From positions 384,001-448,000 of the forward strand of contig CANJVR010000001.1 in the NCBI GenBank assembly GCA_947478395.1: a stretch of DNA of 64,000 nucleotides, read 5' to 3'. The notes under the pieces are model-generated. The model saw only the letters and a list, made by a program, of their open reading frames with translations. It made no database searches and had not been told where the DNA came from. Shown here piece by piece: positions 54,411-64,000 of the stretch; position 1 is the first letter of the stretch; each line of letters begins with the position of its first letter. The stretch is from Opitutia bacterium. Its GTDB lineage: Bacteria; Verrucomicrobiota; Verrucomicrobiia; Opitutales; Opitutaceae. The position numbers were made by a program, and so were the translations under genes.

Positions 54411-54899
54411 ATGAACCTCCGCATCGGCCACGGCTACGACATCCACCGCGTCGTAGCCGGCCGTCCACTCATCCTCGGCGGCGTGCGTTTTGACACCGAC
54501 TACGGCCTCGACGGACACAGCGATGCCGACTGCCTCACCCACGCGATTTGCGACGCGCTCCTCGGTGCGGCGGGGCTGCCGGACATCGGCCATTTTTTTC
54601 CCAACACCGATCCGGCTTATAAAAACATCGACTCCCAGCGCCTGCTTGAACGCGTCTGCCACGAACTCTCCACGCGCGGCTTCGCCATCGCCAACCTCGA
54701 CGCCACGGTGGTCGCCGAGAAGCCGAAAATTTTTCCCCGCCTCGCCGAGATGAAAGCCGCGCTCGCCAAATCCACGCATCTGCCGGTCGCGAACATCGGA
54801 CTCAAAGCCACGACCAACGAGGGCATCGACGACATCGGCCGCGGCCTCGCCATCGCCGCCCACGCCGTCGCCCTGATCGCGAAAAATGAGGCCCGCTAA
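54411..54899 (+). CDS. ispF: 2-C-methyl-D-erythritol 2,4-cyclodiphosphate synthase
   Basis: RIGHGYDIH, GHSDAD, DIGHFFP, KATTNE. Confidence 0.97.
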   Translation: MNLRIGHGYDIHRVVAGRPLILGGVRFDTDYGLDGHSDADCLTHAICDALLGAAGLPDIGHFFPNTDPAYKNIDSQRLLERVCHELSTRGFAIANLDATVVAEKPKIFPRLAEMKAALAKSTHLPVANIGLKATTNEGIDDIGRGLAIAAHAVALIAKNEAR

Positions 54900-54981
54900 A
54901 TCCGCGAAAGTTCGCGCAAGAAAATCCGCGCCTCTCATGTCAGTTTTTCTTTCGCGCCCTTTCGCCCTTTTAGCGGGCCTC
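54888..54981. repeat. Inverted repeat with 9-mer substructure spanning the ispF stop and oppA start
   Basis: Perfect 13-bp GAGGCCCGCTAAA (54888-54900) / TTTAGCGGGCCTC (54969-54981) plus inner GCGAAAG/CTTTCGC. Confidence 0.75.
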
Positions 54982-56574
54982 TCCCTTCTTTTTCTCATCA
55001 GCGGCTGCGCCCGGCGCGAAACGGCCGTCGAGTCCGGCGGGCGCACCCAAACGCTCCATCGCGGCATCGGCGCGGAAATCGGCGACCTCGATCCTCACCT
55101 CGTCACCAACATCGCCGAGATGGATATCGTCTCCGCGCTCTTCGAGGGTCTCGTCACCGAAGACCCCGTCGACCTGCATCCTGTCGCCGGAGTGGCCGAG
55201 CGCTGGGAAATTTCCTCCGATCAGCTGACCTATACGTTTCACCTCCGCGCCAACGCCCGCTGGTCAGACGGCACGCCGGTGACGTCCAACGATTTCGCCG
55301 CCGCGTGGCGCCGTATGCTCACGCCGTCGCTCGCCGCGGAAAACGCCAGCCTGCTCCACGTGATCCAAGGCGCCGAAGCCTATCATCGCGGCGTCACGTT
55401 GGACTTCACTCAAGTCGGCGTCGCGGCGATCGACCCTCGGACGCTGCGCGTCACGCTCGAGCACGCCACCCCCTATTTTCTCTCGCTGCTCACCCACCCG
55501 GCCTGGCTGCCGCTAAATATGCGGAGCATCACGGCCCATGGTTCGCCGACGGCACGGGGCAACGCGTGGGCCCGGCCCGGTCGCTTGATTGGCAATGGCG
55601 CATTCGTCCTGAAATCGTGGGAGCCGAACCAAGTCCTCGTGGTGGAGAAATCGCCGACGTATTGGGACGCCGCGACCGTGCGGCTGCAGGCGATTCATTT
55701 TTACCCGATCGACAGCATCGACGCCGAGGAACGGACCTTTCGAGCCGGCCAGCTGCACCTCACCTACGTCCTGCCGCACTCGAAAATCGAACGCTACCGC
55801 CGCGACGCTCCGCAATTTCTGCGGACGGACCCTTACCTCCACACGTATTTTTTGCGGCTAAACGTCCTGCGTCCGCCGCTCGCCGACCAACGCGTTCGTC
55901 GCGCCCTTGCACTCACCGTGGACCGGGCCGCCATCGTCGGAAAGATTCTCCACGGCGGTCAGCTCGCCGCGACGCGGATCACGCCGCCGAATCTTCCGGG
56001 TTACACGCCGACAGCCGGTACAAGCCCGTCGTTCGAAGCGGCGGCAGACGAAGGCCGTGCGCTGCTCGCCGCCGCCGGCTATCCTGGTGGCAAAGGGCTG
56101 CCTGCGCTCGAGCTGCTCCACAACACGTCCGAAAATCACCGCTTACTGGCCGAGGCGCTGCAGGAAATGTGGCGGCGCGAACTCGGCCTTGACGTAAAGC
56201 TAGTGAATCAGGAATTCAAAGTGACGCTCGCAGAACGCAGCGCCGGCCGTTATCAAATTCTGCTTTCCGATTGGGTCGGCGATTATCTCGACGCGACGAC
56301 GTTTCTGGATCTCTGGAGCAGCGGCAGCGGCAACAATCACACGGGCTGGAGCAGCGCCGACTACGATGCCCGGCTTTTCGCCGCCGCGCGCCAGCCCGAT
56401 GCGACCGCGCGGGCCGCTCAACTCCAGCAAGCTGAGACCCTGATGCTCACGGCCGCGCCAATCGCACCGCTCTACTACAACACGCACGTGTTCCTCCTGC
56501 ACCCGAGCGTGCACGGGTGGAATCCGACGCTGCTCGACCACCATCCCTACAAGCACGTCTGGCTGGAAAACTAG
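54937..56574 (+). CDS. Peptide ABC transporter substrate-binding lipoprotein (OppA family), copy 1
   Basis: Lipobox ISGC, DLDPH, LFEGLV, TYTFHLR..ARWSDG, DWVGDY. Confidence 0.93.
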   Translation: MSVFLSRPFALLAGLSLLFLISGCARRETAVESGGRTQTLHRGIGAEIGDLDPHLVTNIAEMDIVSALFEGLVTEDPVDLHPVAGVAERWEISSDQLTYTFHLRANARWSDGTPVTSNDFAAAWRRMLTPSLAAENASLLHVIQGAEAYHRGVTLDFTQVGVAAIDPRTLRVTLEHATPYFLSLLTHPAWLPLNMRSITAHGSPTARGNAWARPGRLIGNGAFVLKSWEPNQVLVVEKSPTYWDAATVRLQAIHFYPIDSIDAEERTFRAGQLHLTYVLPHSKIERYRRDAPQFLRTDPYLHTYFLRLNVLRPPLADQRVRRALALTVDRAAIVGKILHGGQLAATRITPPNLPGYTPTAGTSPSFEAAADEGRALLAAAGYPGGKGLPALELLHNTSENHRLLAEALQEMWRRELGLDVKLVNQEFKVTLAERSAGRYQILLSDWVGDYLDATTFLDLWSSGSGNNHTGWSSADYDARLFAAARQPDATARAAQLQQAETLMLTAAPIAPLYYNTHVFLLHPSVHGWNPTLLDHHPYKHVWLEN

Positions 56575-56607
56575 CGCGATTTAACCAAAAGCGTGCCCGC
56601 TAACGAC

Positions 56608-56677
56608 GTAGCAGCAGGCGTCGCTGCCGGCCGAAACGAGAGCGCCGAACCCGGCAGCCAGGGACGCCTGCCGCTAC
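56608..56677. repeat. REP-like doublet, family A
   Basis: GTAGCAGCAGGCGTCGCTGCCGGCCG ... CGGCAGCCAGGGACGCCTGCCGCTAC (GTAG...CTAC ends). Confidence 0.8.
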
Positions 56678-56854
56678 AAGGACGTGCTTTCAGTTTAACG
56701 GCAGCCGTGAGGCTTTCACCGGTCTCTTCCAAAGCGCTCACGCGTTCCGCTACTCGGAAAGGAGGATTCGCGGCTTTTTAGACGCCCGCTCAAACGCCTT
56801 GCCGAAAGAAGGCCGCTGCCGAATTGACGGCATCCCGCGTGAGAGCAATCTGCC

Positions 56855-57118
56855 GTGATAACACGCATTAAAATGCAACTGCCCGACGACGTTTACGCCC
56901 GCGCCCGCAAGGGGTGGGAGCGCCTTGAAAAATCCTTCGCCGAACTCTGCCGCCGCGGTCTCGAATACATCCTCAATGTTTACGCGCTGGAAACGGACCC
57001 GACCAGCCATTGGCAGCCCCGCCAGCCCGGTCGTCTCGGTTGGAAAAACCCAAACAAGGTAGAAATTAAAAAAACCTGGACCGCTCGCCTCACATCAAGG
57101 ACCTCGAGCCCGAGTTAA
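56855..57118 (+). pseudogene. Orphan, probably degenerate ribbon-helix-helix antitoxin
   Basis: RIKMQLPDDVYARAR...SFAELCRRGLE RHH pattern; no toxin gene downstream. Confidence 0.55.
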
Positions 57119-57157
57119 AGAAGCCCCACCCTGAGGGCGCCAAATCCCATCCCTAGC

Positions 57158-58762
57158 ATGAACGCGCGCACGCTCCGTTTTCTTTGCACCTGCTCGTGCC
57201 TCTTCGCGGCCCTGTTCGCGGGCTGCACCCGCGCCGCGTCCCTCTCCGCGCCAGTCCAGGTGCTCCGCGTCAGCCAGCGCAACGAGCCCGCCGATCTGGA
57301 TCCCGCCACCGCGACGCTCCCCGACGAGTTCTTCATTATCCGCGCGCTGAGCGAGGGTCTAGTCGTGCCCGAATCCACCGCACCCGGCGGCGTGCGAGCC
57401 GCCACCGCCAGCCGTTGGGAAATTTCCGCCGACGGCCTGAGCGTCACGTTTCACCTCCGCGCCAATGCGCGCTGGTCCAATCGCGAACCGGTCACGTCCG
57501 CTGACTTCATCGCTTCCTATCGGCGTCTGCTCACCCCGGCGACCGCCGCGCCGAAAGCCGAACTTTTCTTTGCGGTAAAAAACGCCCGGGCTTTCGTCGC
57601 CGGTAAGCTCACGGATTTTTCCACCGTGGGCTTTGCGGCGCCCGATCCGCTCACGCTCGTCGTCACCTTGGAGAGGCCCACGCCCGACCTACTGCTGTTC
57701 GTCGCCAGCGGTCCATGGATTCCCGTTCACCCCGCGACCGTGGCTGCGCATGGTCGCGACTGGACCAAGCCCGGACACTTTGTGGGCAACGGGCCGTTCA
57801 CACTCGGCGAATGGCGTTCGCAACAGCGTATCGTCGTTAAAAAAAATCCCGCGTATCACTCCGCCGCGGCCACGCGAATCGACGAAATCCAATTCCTCCG
57901 CTACGACAGCGCCGATACGGAGGAGCGGGCCTACCGCGCCGGGCAGTTGGATGTGACGATGGATGTGCCGAAGACCAAAATCGAAACGTACGCCGTGGAA
58001 CGTCCCGCGGAGTTGCACCGCGCAGCACTCGCGGAAACGCGTTTCCTATCCTTCAACCTCCAGCGCCCGCCGCTCACCGACGAGCGGGTCCGCCGCGCCC
58101 TCGCCCTCGCCATTGATCGTGACAAAATCGTCGACCGCGTTTTGCGCGGCGGACAGGAGCCTGCGATCCGTTTTGTCCCGACGGTCCTGCGGCCCGAATC
58201 CAAGAACACGGCCATCGACGGCGAATTTCGCCACGATCCCGCCGAGGCGCGCCGCCTGCTTGCCGCGGCCGGCTTTCCCGAGGGCCGAAATTTTCCGCGC
58301 CTCGAACTGGCGGGCTGGTCCAACAATCCGGTGCTGGAAGCCATCCAAGCCATGTGGCGACAGGAGCTCGGCATCGAGGTCGCGCTCACGGTCCGCGAAG
58401 CGAAGGTCCATCTCGCGGCGTTACACGCCGGCACCTACGATATCGCCTTCGCGACCACGCTGCTCGATCTCGCCGAACGCGCGCACGCGCTCGAAGAATT
58501 CTCCACCGGCGCCGTGAACAATTTTCCCCATTGGTCGTCGCCGGAATTCGACGCCGCGCTGCAAGTCGCCAACGCCGAACGCGACGCCGGCCGTCGTGCG
58601 CTAAGCCTCGACCACGCCGAAACGCTTTTGCTCCGCGCCGCACCGCTCGCTCCGGTTTATTTCAACACCCGGAACTGGCTCATGGCCCCACGCGTCCGTG
58701 GCTGGCACGAAGATGCGCTGTGGACCCGCTCTTATCAGGCCATCTATCTCGATGAAAAATAA
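57158..58762 (+). CDS. OppA family substrate-binding lipoprotein, copy 2
   Basis: Lipobox FAGC, EPADLDP, TFHLR..ARWSN, GNGPF. Confidence 0.92.
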   Translation: MNARTLRFLCTCSCLFAALFAGCTRAASLSAPVQVLRVSQRNEPADLDPATATLPDEFFIIRALSEGLVVPESTAPGGVRAATASRWEISADGLSVTFHLRANARWSNREPVTSADFIASYRRLLTPATAAPKAELFFAVKNARAFVAGKLTDFSTVGFAAPDPLTLVVTLERPTPDLLLFVASGPWIPVHPATVAAHGRDWTKPGHFVGNGPFTLGEWRSQQRIVVKKNPAYHSAAATRIDEIQFLRYDSADTEERAYRAGQLDVTMDVPKTKIETYAVERPAELHRAALAETRFLSFNLQRPPLTDERVRRALALAIDRDKIVDRVLRGGQEPAIRFVPTVLRPESKNTAIDGEFRHDPAEARRLLAAAGFPEGRNFPRLELAGWSNNPVLEAIQAMWRQELGIEVALTVREAKVHLAALHAGTYDIAFATTLLDLAERAHALEEFSTGAVNNFPHWSSPEFDAALQVANAERDAGRRALSLDHAETLLLRAAPLAPVYFNTRNWLMAPRVRGWHEDALWTRSYQAIYLDEK

Positions 58763-60410
58763 ACTACGGCTGTCTTGGCTCACTCTGGTCGGAACCGCGG
58801 CGCTCTTCGGCGCCGAAACGCGGCCGGCGATTTCCGCGGCCAGCATTCTCGCGCGCACGCGCATTCTAGCGTCCGACGAATTCGAGGGCCGCGCGCCTGG
58901 CTCGCCCGGCGAGGAAAAGACGGTCACCTATCTGACCGACGAATTCAAAAAAATGGGCCTTCAGCCCGGCAATCCCAACGGCGCGTTTGTGCAAAAGGTC
59001 GCGCTCGTCGGCATTACGTCGAAGCCCACGCTGTCGTTCGCGGCGGGTGGCCAAACGCTCGCCCTGGAATTCATCAACGATTTTGTGGGCTCGACCAGCC
59101 GCGTGCAGGCCCACGTCGAGGCGAAAGGCAGCGACGTCGTTTTTGTTGGATACGGCATCGTTGCGCCGGAATTCGGTTGGGACGATTTCAAAGACGTCGA
59201 CGTGCGCGGCAAGACCGTGGTCATGTTGATCAACGATCCGCCCGTGACCGATCCGAAAACCGGTGCCCTCGACCCGAAAATTTTCGGCGGCCTGGCCATG
59301 ACCTACTACGGCCGCTGGACCTACAAATACGAGATCGCCGCGGAAAAAGGCGCCGCCGCCTGCCTCATTGTCCACGAGACCGGGCCAGCCGCGTATCCGT
59401 TCGGCGTCGTCGTCACGAGCCGCAGCCGTGAAAATTTCGAAATCCGCTCGCCCGATGGCAACGCGGGGCACGTCGCCATGGAAGGCTGGCTCACGCTCGA
59501 TGCAGCGAAAAAATTGTTTGCCGCCTCGGGCCACGATTTCGACGCGTTGAAGCAGAGCGCCGTCTCCCGTGAATTTCGCCCCGTGGCGCTGGGCGCGCAG
59601 GCGGCGTTCACCGTCGACAGCACGCTGCGCAACGTCGATTCGCAGAACGTCGCCGCCTTGCTCCCAGGCTCCGATCCGAAGCGACGCCAGGAGTACGTGG
59701 TGTATAACGCCCACTGGGATCACCTCGGCCGCGATGACCGGTTGAAGGGCGACCAGATTTACAACGGTGCCGCCGACAACGCCGCCGGCACCGCGGTGCT
59801 GCTCGAGCTCGCGCAGGCGTTCAAAGCCCTGCCCGCCGGGCAGCAACCGGCGCGCAGCATTTTATTTCTTTCCGTCACGGCCGAGGAAAAAGGGCTCCTC
59901 GGCTCGCGCTATTACGCGCAGAATCCGCTCTACCCGCTCACGCAGACGCTCGCGGTCATCAACATGGATGGCGCGAATCAATTCGGCCCGACTAGCGACC
60001 TGACGACCGTGGGCTACGGCGCCTCGACCATCGACGATATCGGCACCGCCATCGCGAGATCGCAGGGGCGCGAAATGAAACCCGATCCTCATCCCGAGCG
60101 CGGCTCCTACTACCGGAGCGATCATTTCGAATTCGCGAAGGTCGGCGTGCCCGGCTACTACTCGAAATCAGGCAACGTTTTCATCGGCCAGTCGGCCGCG
60201 TACGGCGAGAACCTCGTCAACGACTACATCGCGCACGATTATCACCAAGTGAGCGACGAAGTGAAATCCGGCTGGACCTTTGAGGGCGCCGCGCAGGACA
60301 CGAAATTCCTGATGCTCGTGGGTCTGCACGTCGCCAACGACGACGCCTGGCCTGAGTGGAAACCCGGCAACGAGTTCAAGGCCCGCCGCGATGCGATGCT
60401 GAAACGGTGA
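58752..60410 (+). CDS. M28 family aminopeptidase with PA domain
   Basis: DEFEGRAPG, AHWDHLG, NGAADNAAG, TAEEKGLLGS, RSDH, YHQVSD. Confidence 0.93.
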   Translation: MKNKLRLSWLTLVGTAALFGAETRPAISAASILARTRILASDEFEGRAPGSPGEEKTVTYLTDEFKKMGLQPGNPNGAFVQKVALVGITSKPTLSFAAGGQTLALEFINDFVGSTSRVQAHVEAKGSDVVFVGYGIVAPEFGWDDFKDVDVRGKTVVMLINDPPVTDPKTGALDPKIFGGLAMTYYGRWTYKYEIAAEKGAAACLIVHETGPAAYPFGVVVTSRSRENFEIRSPDGNAGHVAMEGWLTLDAAKKLFAASGHDFDALKQSAVSREFRPVALGAQAAFTVDSTLRNVDSQNVAALLPGSDPKRRQEYVVYNAHWDHLGRDDRLKGDQIYNGAADNAAGTAVLLELAQAFKALPAGQQPARSILFLSVTAEEKGLLGSRYYAQNPLYPLTQTLAVINMDGANQFGPTSDLTTVGYGASTIDDIGTAIARSQGREMKPDPHPERGSYYRSDHFEFAKVGVPGYYSKSGNVFIGQSAAYGENLVNDYIAHDYHQVSDEVKSGWTFEGAAQDTKFLMLVGLHVANDDAWPEWKPGNEFKARRDAMLKR

Positions 60411-60431
60411 TGCGGCGCCTTTAACACGAAG

Positions 60432-60520
60432 GCCGGGCCGGTTATCCCGAACCCCACGGCGCGACTCGGCTCACCAACTGAGCAATGCCGAACCGGCGGG
60501 TTGGGTATAACGCGCCCCAC
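60432..60520. repeat. REP-like doublet, family B
   Basis: Right arm reverse complement GTGGGGCGCGTTATACCCAACCCGCC matches the 38470 arm. Confidence 0.65.
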
Positions 60521-60605
60521 CCTCGCATCGCCCGTTAAAGCCCAGCGCTCCGCCCGTCGTGCCGTACCGCTTGCACCGGGCCCGGCAGTTGCTTTGCTTT
60601 CGCGC

Positions 60606-62246
60606 ATGCTTCGACGTTCCCCCCTCGTTCTCGCCACCCTGGTTGCGGCCCTCGTTTTCGTCTCAGGCTGCGGCAAAAAAGATTCCATCACCGCGGGCGC
60701 CACCGGCGCAAAGAAGTCCAACGATCAGATCCTACGCCTCGGCAACGGCGCCGAGCCGCAGGATCTCGACCCGCAAACGATCACCGGCGTCCCCGAGCAC
60801 AAAGTCATCATGGGACTCTTCGAGGGGCTCGTAACCGAAGATCCCAAGGATCTGCACCCCGTGGCAGGCCTCGCCGATCGCTGGGAGATTTCCCCCGACG
60901 GTCTGGTCTACACGTTTCACCTGCGAGCCGACGCCAAATGGTCCGACGGCACGCCGATCACCGCGGAGCAATACGTCGAATCCTATCAACGCATGCTCAC
61001 GCCAGCGCTGGCCGCCGAGTATTCGTATCTTCTCTGGTTCGCCGTCGGGGCGGAAGATTACACCAAGGGAAAACTTACTGATTTTTCGAAGACCGGTTTC
61101 AAGGCCCTCGATTCCCGCACGCTTCAGATCACGCTCAACTCGGCCACGCCCTACCTGCTGAAAATCATCGCGAGCCACTACGCATGGAGCGTGGTGCCGG
61201 TGCACGTGATCAAAAAATTCGGCAAGCTCGAGGAGAAGCACACGGCCTGGACCCGCGCCGGGAATCTCGTCAGCAACGCCGCGTTCATGCTGAAGGAATG
61301 GCTGCCCAACCAACGCATCACGCTCGTGCCGAATCCCCATTACTGGGACGCCGCCACCGTGAAACTGAAAGCCATCGAGTTCTATCCCACCGAGGACATC
61401 GCGAGCGAAGAACGCATGTTTCGCACGGGTCAACTCGACAAGACGAACGAATTGCCCAACGCCAAAATCGACTCCTATCGCAAGGAGCACCCCGAACTCC
61501 TGCACATCGAGCCCTATCTCGGTCTCTATTTTTACCGCTGCAACGTCACGCGCGCACCCCTCACGGACAAACGCGTGCGTCAGGCCCTTGCGCTCGCGAT
61601 TGATCGCGAGAGCTTGATCAAGAACGTGACCCGCGGCGGTCAGTCTCCGGCCTACGCCGTGAGTTATCCGGGCACGTCCGGCTACATGCCTCGGGCCAAA
61701 CTCGAAGGTCGCATCGCCGAAGCGAAGAAGCTGCTCGCTGAGGCGGGTTATCCTGACGGGAAGGGCTGCCCGCCGATCGAGCTTCTCTACAACACGTCCG
61801 AAAATCACCGCGCCATCGCGGAAGCCATCCAGCAGATGTGGCGCAAAAATCTCGGCGTAGAAATCACGCTCCGCAACGAAGAGTGGAAAGTTTACCTCAC
61901 CACTCAGCACATCACCCACGACTTCACGCTCGAACGCGGCGGCTGGATCGCCGACTACGTCGACCCGCACTCCTTTCTCGAAATGTGGGTCACCAACGGC
62001 GGCAACAACGACACGCTCTGGTCCAACGCCGAATACGACCGACTCTTCCAAGCCGCCCTCTCCGCAAAAAACGATTCCGATCGTTACGAGATCTACCAGA
62101 AGATGGACGCCATCCTCGTCGACGAATGCCCGGTGTTGCCGATCTACTACTACACCCGCGTCTACGCGATGAACCCGCGCGTCAAAGGTTACTATCCCAC
62201 GCTCCTCGACAACCATCCTTACAAGTACATCTGGCTCGAGGATTGA
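60606..62246 (+). CDS. OppA family substrate-binding lipoprotein, copy 3
   Basis: Lipobox VSGC, GNGAEPQDLDP, GWIADY. Confidence 0.95.
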   Translation: MLRRSPLVLATLVAALVFVSGCGKKDSITAGATGAKKSNDQILRLGNGAEPQDLDPQTITGVPEHKVIMGLFEGLVTEDPKDLHPVAGLADRWEISPDGLVYTFHLRADAKWSDGTPITAEQYVESYQRMLTPALAAEYSYLLWFAVGAEDYTKGKLTDFSKTGFKALDSRTLQITLNSATPYLLKIIASHYAWSVVPVHVIKKFGKLEEKHTAWTRAGNLVSNAAFMLKEWLPNQRITLVPNPHYWDAATVKLKAIEFYPTEDIASEERMFRTGQLDKTNELPNAKIDSYRKEHPELLHIEPYLGLYFYRCNVTRAPLTDKRVRQALALAIDRESLIKNVTRGGQSPAYAVSYPGTSGYMPRAKLEGRIAEAKKLLAEAGYPDGKGCPPIELLYNTSENHRAIAEAIQQMWRKNLGVEITLRNEEWKVYLTTQHITHDFTLERGGWIADYVDPHSFLEMWVTNGGNNDTLWSNAEYDRLFQAALSAKNDSDRYEIYQKMDAILVDECPVLPIYYYTRVYAMNPRVKGYYPTLLDNHPYKYIWLED

Positions 62247-62281
62247 GGCGGAATCGGTCCCCAAAACCACCGCGTATAAAT

Positions 62282-62362
62282 GTGGGTGGGGTGCCCTAAC
62301 CCCGCGTTTGGCCTTCCCTTTGGATCATGTCGCTCACGGGGTGAGGGCCACCCCGGCCTCCA
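62282..62362. repeat. REP-like doublet, family C
   Basis: GGGGTGCCCTAACCCCG ... CGGGGTGAGGGCCACCCC, mutually inverted hairpins. Confidence 0.6.
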
Positions 62363-62481
62363 AAAACGAAAGCCGACCGAGCCGCAGCATCAAAGGCACG
62401 GTCGAGCTCGGTCAGTCAGTCGCGATTCTAGGCAACGCCTGAGCTCGACTCTGGCGTCCAACGTGCTGGGGTCGGAGTCGC

Positions 62482-64000
62482 GTGTTTGCTTCCTTTGCCC
62501 CCAAAACGACTGCGCTGTTCGCTCTCGTCGTCGCCCTCGCGTTCTCCGCGTGCAGCAAGCGCGAGACGGCTGTCGAAGCCGCGGTCCGCACGCAAACGCT
62601 GCACGTCGGCAACGCGGCCGAACCACCCGACCTCGATCCCCACACCAACAACAGCGCGAACGTCGCGATCATCGACAGCAGCTTGTTCGAGGGGCTCGTC
62701 AGTCTCGCCAACGACGGCACCACCATTCTGCCGGGCGTCGCCGAGCGCTGGGAAATTTCTCCCGACGGCCTCGTCTATACCTTTCATCTGCGCGCCGACG
62801 CCGTCTGGTCAAACGGTGACCCGCTCACATCGGCCGATTTTCTCGCCGGATTTCACCGGTTTCTTGAGCCCGCACTGGGCTGCGAAGGAGTTAACATTAT
62901 TTTTCCCGTCGTCGGCGCGCGCGATTTTGTCGAGGGCCGCAGCAAGGATTTCTCCACGGTTGGGATCCGCACACCCGACCCGCTTACCGTGGAGCTGAGA
63001 CTACGTTTTCGCGCCCCCTATTTTCTGAGCATCGTGGCCGACCCCCATTTCGTGCCGCTCCACCAACCGAGCCTGGACAAATTCAACGGTCGCACGCAGC
63101 GGGGCGGAAAATGGACGCAGCCGGGCAATCTCGTCAGCAACGGTCCGTTCACCCTCAAATCCTGGCGACCCAACGAAGTCCTCGTGGTCGTGAAAAATCC
63201 GCGCTACTGGGATGCGGCCCATGTCCGTTTAAACGAAGTTCGTTTTTATCCGATCGAGGATTCCGCCGCCGAAGAACGGTCTTTCCGGACCGGACAACTC
63301 CACGTCACGAACGGACTGCCCTACGGCAAACTCGATTCCTATCGGCAACGCCGCGCGCCCGAGCTGCATCTGACGCCGGTCCTGGGAACCAACTACGTGA
63401 CCTTCAGCACCGGACGGCCGCCCTTCGCCGACGTCCGGGTCCGTCGCGCATTTTCCCTCGCGATCGATCGCGACCAACTCGCCGCTACGATCCTCAAAGA
63501 CCGAGCCAACGCCGCGCACGCGTTCGTGCGCCCCGGCGTCGGTGGCTACCAACTCGGCGAGTTCTCCCATCACGATGCAGCGGAGGCCAAAAAACTTCTC
63601 CGTGAGGCCGGCTTTCCCGACGGCGCCGGTTTTCCCGCGGTGGAATTCATGCTCTCCAGTCGCGATGAAAACGTAATCACGCTCGGTCAGGCTCTGCAGC
63701 AAATGTGGTCGCAGACGCTGGGCGTCAAAGTGGAGCTCCGTCCCACGGAGACAAAAGTCTGGCTCGACGCCCTGCGCACCAAGTCGTTCGCATTCACGAC
63801 CGACAACTGGAACATGGGGTTCAACGACCCTTCGGACATGCTCGCCCTCGCGGTCACCGCCGATCCCAACAACGACGCCGGCTGGAGCAACGCGCGCTAC
63901 GACGTGGCGTTCGCAAAAGTGAACACCGCTGCCACGGAAGCAGAGCGTCGCGCGGCGATGGTCGAGTGCGAGCAGCTCATCGCCGCAGAAGTCCCCTACG
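62482..64000 (+). CDS. OppA family substrate-binding lipoprotein, copy 4 (3' truncated by the window)
   Basis: Manual translation from GTG 62482: ...AFSACSKRETAVE...GNAAEPPDLDP...SLFEGLV; I saw no stop in this frame before the window end. Confidence 0.9.
   Translation, partial: MFASFAPKTTALFALVVALAFSACSKRETAVEAAVRTQTLHVGNAAEPPDLDPHTNNSANVAIIDSSLFEGLVSLANDGTTILPGVAERWEISPDGLVYTFHLRADAVWSNGDPLTSADFLAGFHRFLEPALGCEGVNIIFPVVGARDFVEGRSKDFSTVGIRTPDPLTVELRLRFRAPYFLSIVADPHFVPLHQPSLDKFNGRTQRGGKWTQPGNLVSNGPFTLKSWRPNEVLVVVKNPRYWDAAHVRLNEVRFYPIEDSAAEERSFRTGQLHVTNGLPYGKLDSYRQRRAPELHLTPVLGTNYVTFSTGRPPFADVRVRRAFSLAIDRDQLAATILKDRANAAHAFVRPGVGGYQLGEFSHHDAAEAKKLLREAGFPDGAGFPAVEFMLSSRDENVITLGQALQQMWSQTLGVKVELRPTETKVWLDALRTKSFAFTTDNWNMGFNDPSDMLALAVTADPNNDAGWSNARYDVAFAKVNTAATEAERRAAMVECEQLIAAEVPY

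Noticed and set aside
31426..62362. Repeats as a CRISPR array
   Set aside because: They are dispersed inverted pairs, not regularly spaced direct repeats, and there are no cas genes.

Overview
High-GC bacterial chromosome, most consistent with Opitutaceae (Verrucomicrobiota); this is inferred from gene content (DUF1501/PSD1 pair, divergent EF-Tu switch I, TPR-ExbBD module). Positions 1-16.8 kb hold the core cluster on the minus strand (tRNA-Thr, tuf, tRNA-Trp, secE, nusG, rplKAJL, rpoBC, rpsL, rpsG, partial fusA), with one antisense lipoprotein gene between rpoC and rpsL. The rest is housekeeping and accessory: TPR-ExbB-ExbD-TonB-like, LemA-YbjQ-M48, DUF1501+PSD1, dctA, Hsp33, ettA, msrA, dUTPase, murA, ruvB, an extended adenylate kinase-like gene, a MacAB-like ABC exporter, ptsI, ispE, pyrF, ispD, ispF, four OppA paralogues and an M28 peptidase. 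I saw no CRISPR array, integrase or transposase. Three signals stand out. (1) Inverted arrays of degenerate 7-mers and 9-mers sit at gene junctions inside operons: one pair brackets a four-helix-bundle gene inserted in the ABC exporter operon, and several others enclose no gene (nusG-rplK, pyrF-ispD, ispD-ispF, murA-ruvB, ispF-oppA). (2) An unassigned ~300-nt multi-hairpin RNA candidate lies between ruvB and the adk-like gene. (3) A stand-alone disordered protein resembles the RNase E C-terminal scaffold. All calls were made by eye; no database searches or folding programs were run.
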